A DNA stretch of 50,102 nt, filler included, from Catajapyx aquilonaris (taxonomy: Eukaryota): the NCBI GenBank assembly GCA_000934665.2. It is 3 parts of 3 records of this genome, joined end to end, with 100 filler letters (N's around TTAATTAATTAA, not from the genome) between each part and the next. Parts side by side here need not be neighbours in the genome. Positions count along the whole stretch, not along the records: positions 33,627 to 50,102 come from JYFJ02007190.1; 2 more parts are not named here. One strand, given 5' to 3'. The notes under the pieces are model-generated. The model ran no database searches. It was given only the letters and a program-made list of their open reading frames with translations, and was not told where the DNA came from. The position numbers and the translations under genes are program-made. Positions 48,980 to 50,102 of this stretch are shown one piece after another. Positions within the stretch are counted from its first letter, which is position 1. Each line of letters starts with the position of its first letter.

Positions 48980-49295
48980 AGCCCTTTTATGGGGGGGTGG
49001 ATTACCACAATTTGAATGATTTTCCAGTTTTTCTTCCGACTCCGTGCAAGGACAATTAGGGAAGTAGGGTAAGGATGGGGGGATTTGGGCGGGGACACAT
49101 GTGCAAGTGCAATGTCGGAAAAGGGTCATGTGCAGTCAGTCCCCCAGGAGGCCGGTTGCCAATACGCCTCCTTATAGGGGCGGGCCAGAGACCCACTGAC
49201 GCAGGCGAAAGGTAACTCCCGGGCGGGGATTAGAACCCGGGACCTTTCGCACAGCCTGCCGAAACGTTACCATCTCGGCCACCGCACCTTCCCCG
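48980..49295 (-). mobile_element. tRNA-derived SINE related to family A (different head)
   Basis: Minus-strand GGTGGCCGAGATGGTAACG...GGTCCCGGGTTCTAATCCCCG; gtgcaagtgcaatgtcg shared with 10414-10437. Confidence 0.7.
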
Positions 49296-49610
49296 GAATT
49301 GACACTTTTCACCCCATATTACGTACACTGTGGCTGTGCAGCACTTGACAGTCCAATTTATTTCTTGAGAACCAACTCACCACTGACCTTCACCTCACTA
49401 GAGGTTGTCAAATAAAGATAGGGAGTGCTGCCAAAGTGATTAATTACTATGCTACATGTTTTGAATTCTTGTTATTTAGGCCGGAATCGTGGTGTCTCGC
49501 ACATGTATGGGCCCGCAAGTCACGTGACGCCTGTAAACATGGCGGCCGGTAAAGGAGCCCTATATCTAAAGGAGAAGTCCATCGTGGTGAACTAGCATAT
49601 CGGCTCTTTA

Positions 49611-50005
49611 TGGGTCTGTCACACAGGCGTTCCGTTCGCTCGTCGCCCCGCTCGCTTCGCGCGCATGGGTCACACTGGCGAGCGTTGCGCTCCGCTGTGC
49701 CCTGGGGGCCTCGTCAGTCGAGGAAATTGGGGGATTTTGGGGGTGACGCAGCGAGGCAGGACCCTCTCGCTGCGTCCTCCTCCAGCGGCTCGTCGGGCTC
49801 CGATTGGCCGAGACCCTTTTCCCCCCAGCTGCCGACCTCAACCACCCCTGCCATCATGACCCACTTGTCCCCCGAGGCGAGGTCGCCTTTCACTTCTCCG
49901 GCTAAACCCTACGACCGAGTCAGCGCATGTCTGACAAGTTTGGGCACAGCGATCGCAGCGACATTTTTCGGGGCGAGCGAACGGAACGCCTGTGTGACAG
50001 ACCCA
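49611..50005. mobile_element. Harbinger-like MITE
   Basis: tgggtctgtcacacaggcgttccgttcgctcg...cgagcgaacggaacgcctgtgtgacagaccca; flanks tta/tca. Confidence 0.8.
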
Positions 50006-50029
50006 TCAGACATCATGACATATGACAAC

Positions 50030-50102
50030 CAGCGCCGGATTTACGGCAAGGCAACCTAGGCAGTTGCCTAGGGCGGAAGATTTCAAGGGGCGGCAAATTT
50101 AG
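50030..50102. mobile_element. Probable start of a hAT-like MITE cut by the window end
   Basis: cagcgccggattta...ggcaacctaggcagttgcctagggc; only one end is visible. Confidence 0.35.

Noticed and set aside
49610..50059. 149-aa ORF
   Set aside because: Coincides with a TIR-bounded MITE and has no recognisable domain

Overview
Eukaryotic (bilaterian invertebrate, probably arthropod) genomic DNA, rich in introns and transposons. Two identical 100-nt spacers (44 N + TTAATTAATTAA + 44 N, at 16481-16580 and 33527-33626) look like artificial six-frame-stop linkers, so the window is probably three unrelated contigs of about 16.5-17 kb. Segment 1 holds the terminal coding exon and 3' region of a Tbx20/midline/H15-type T-box gene, with candidate enhancers downstream. 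Segment 2 holds a three-level nest (palindrome > RTE-like LINE > Harbinger-type MITE), a duplicated and decayed R1-like RT/RNase H element carrying a tRNA-derived SINE and a 25/75-bp minisatellite, several DNA-transposon derivatives, a 234-bp tandem repeat and a frameshifted SMYD4-like terminal exon. Segment 3 holds three phase-compatible minus-strand exons of a RhoGEF2/ARHGEF11/12 PDZ domain, a degenerate tRNA-Gln(TTG) and many MITEs and SINEs. I found no convincing novel biological system. The most interesting items are the transposon architectures, a candidate structured RNA and the assembly artefact. All family assignments come from motif recall, not database searches.
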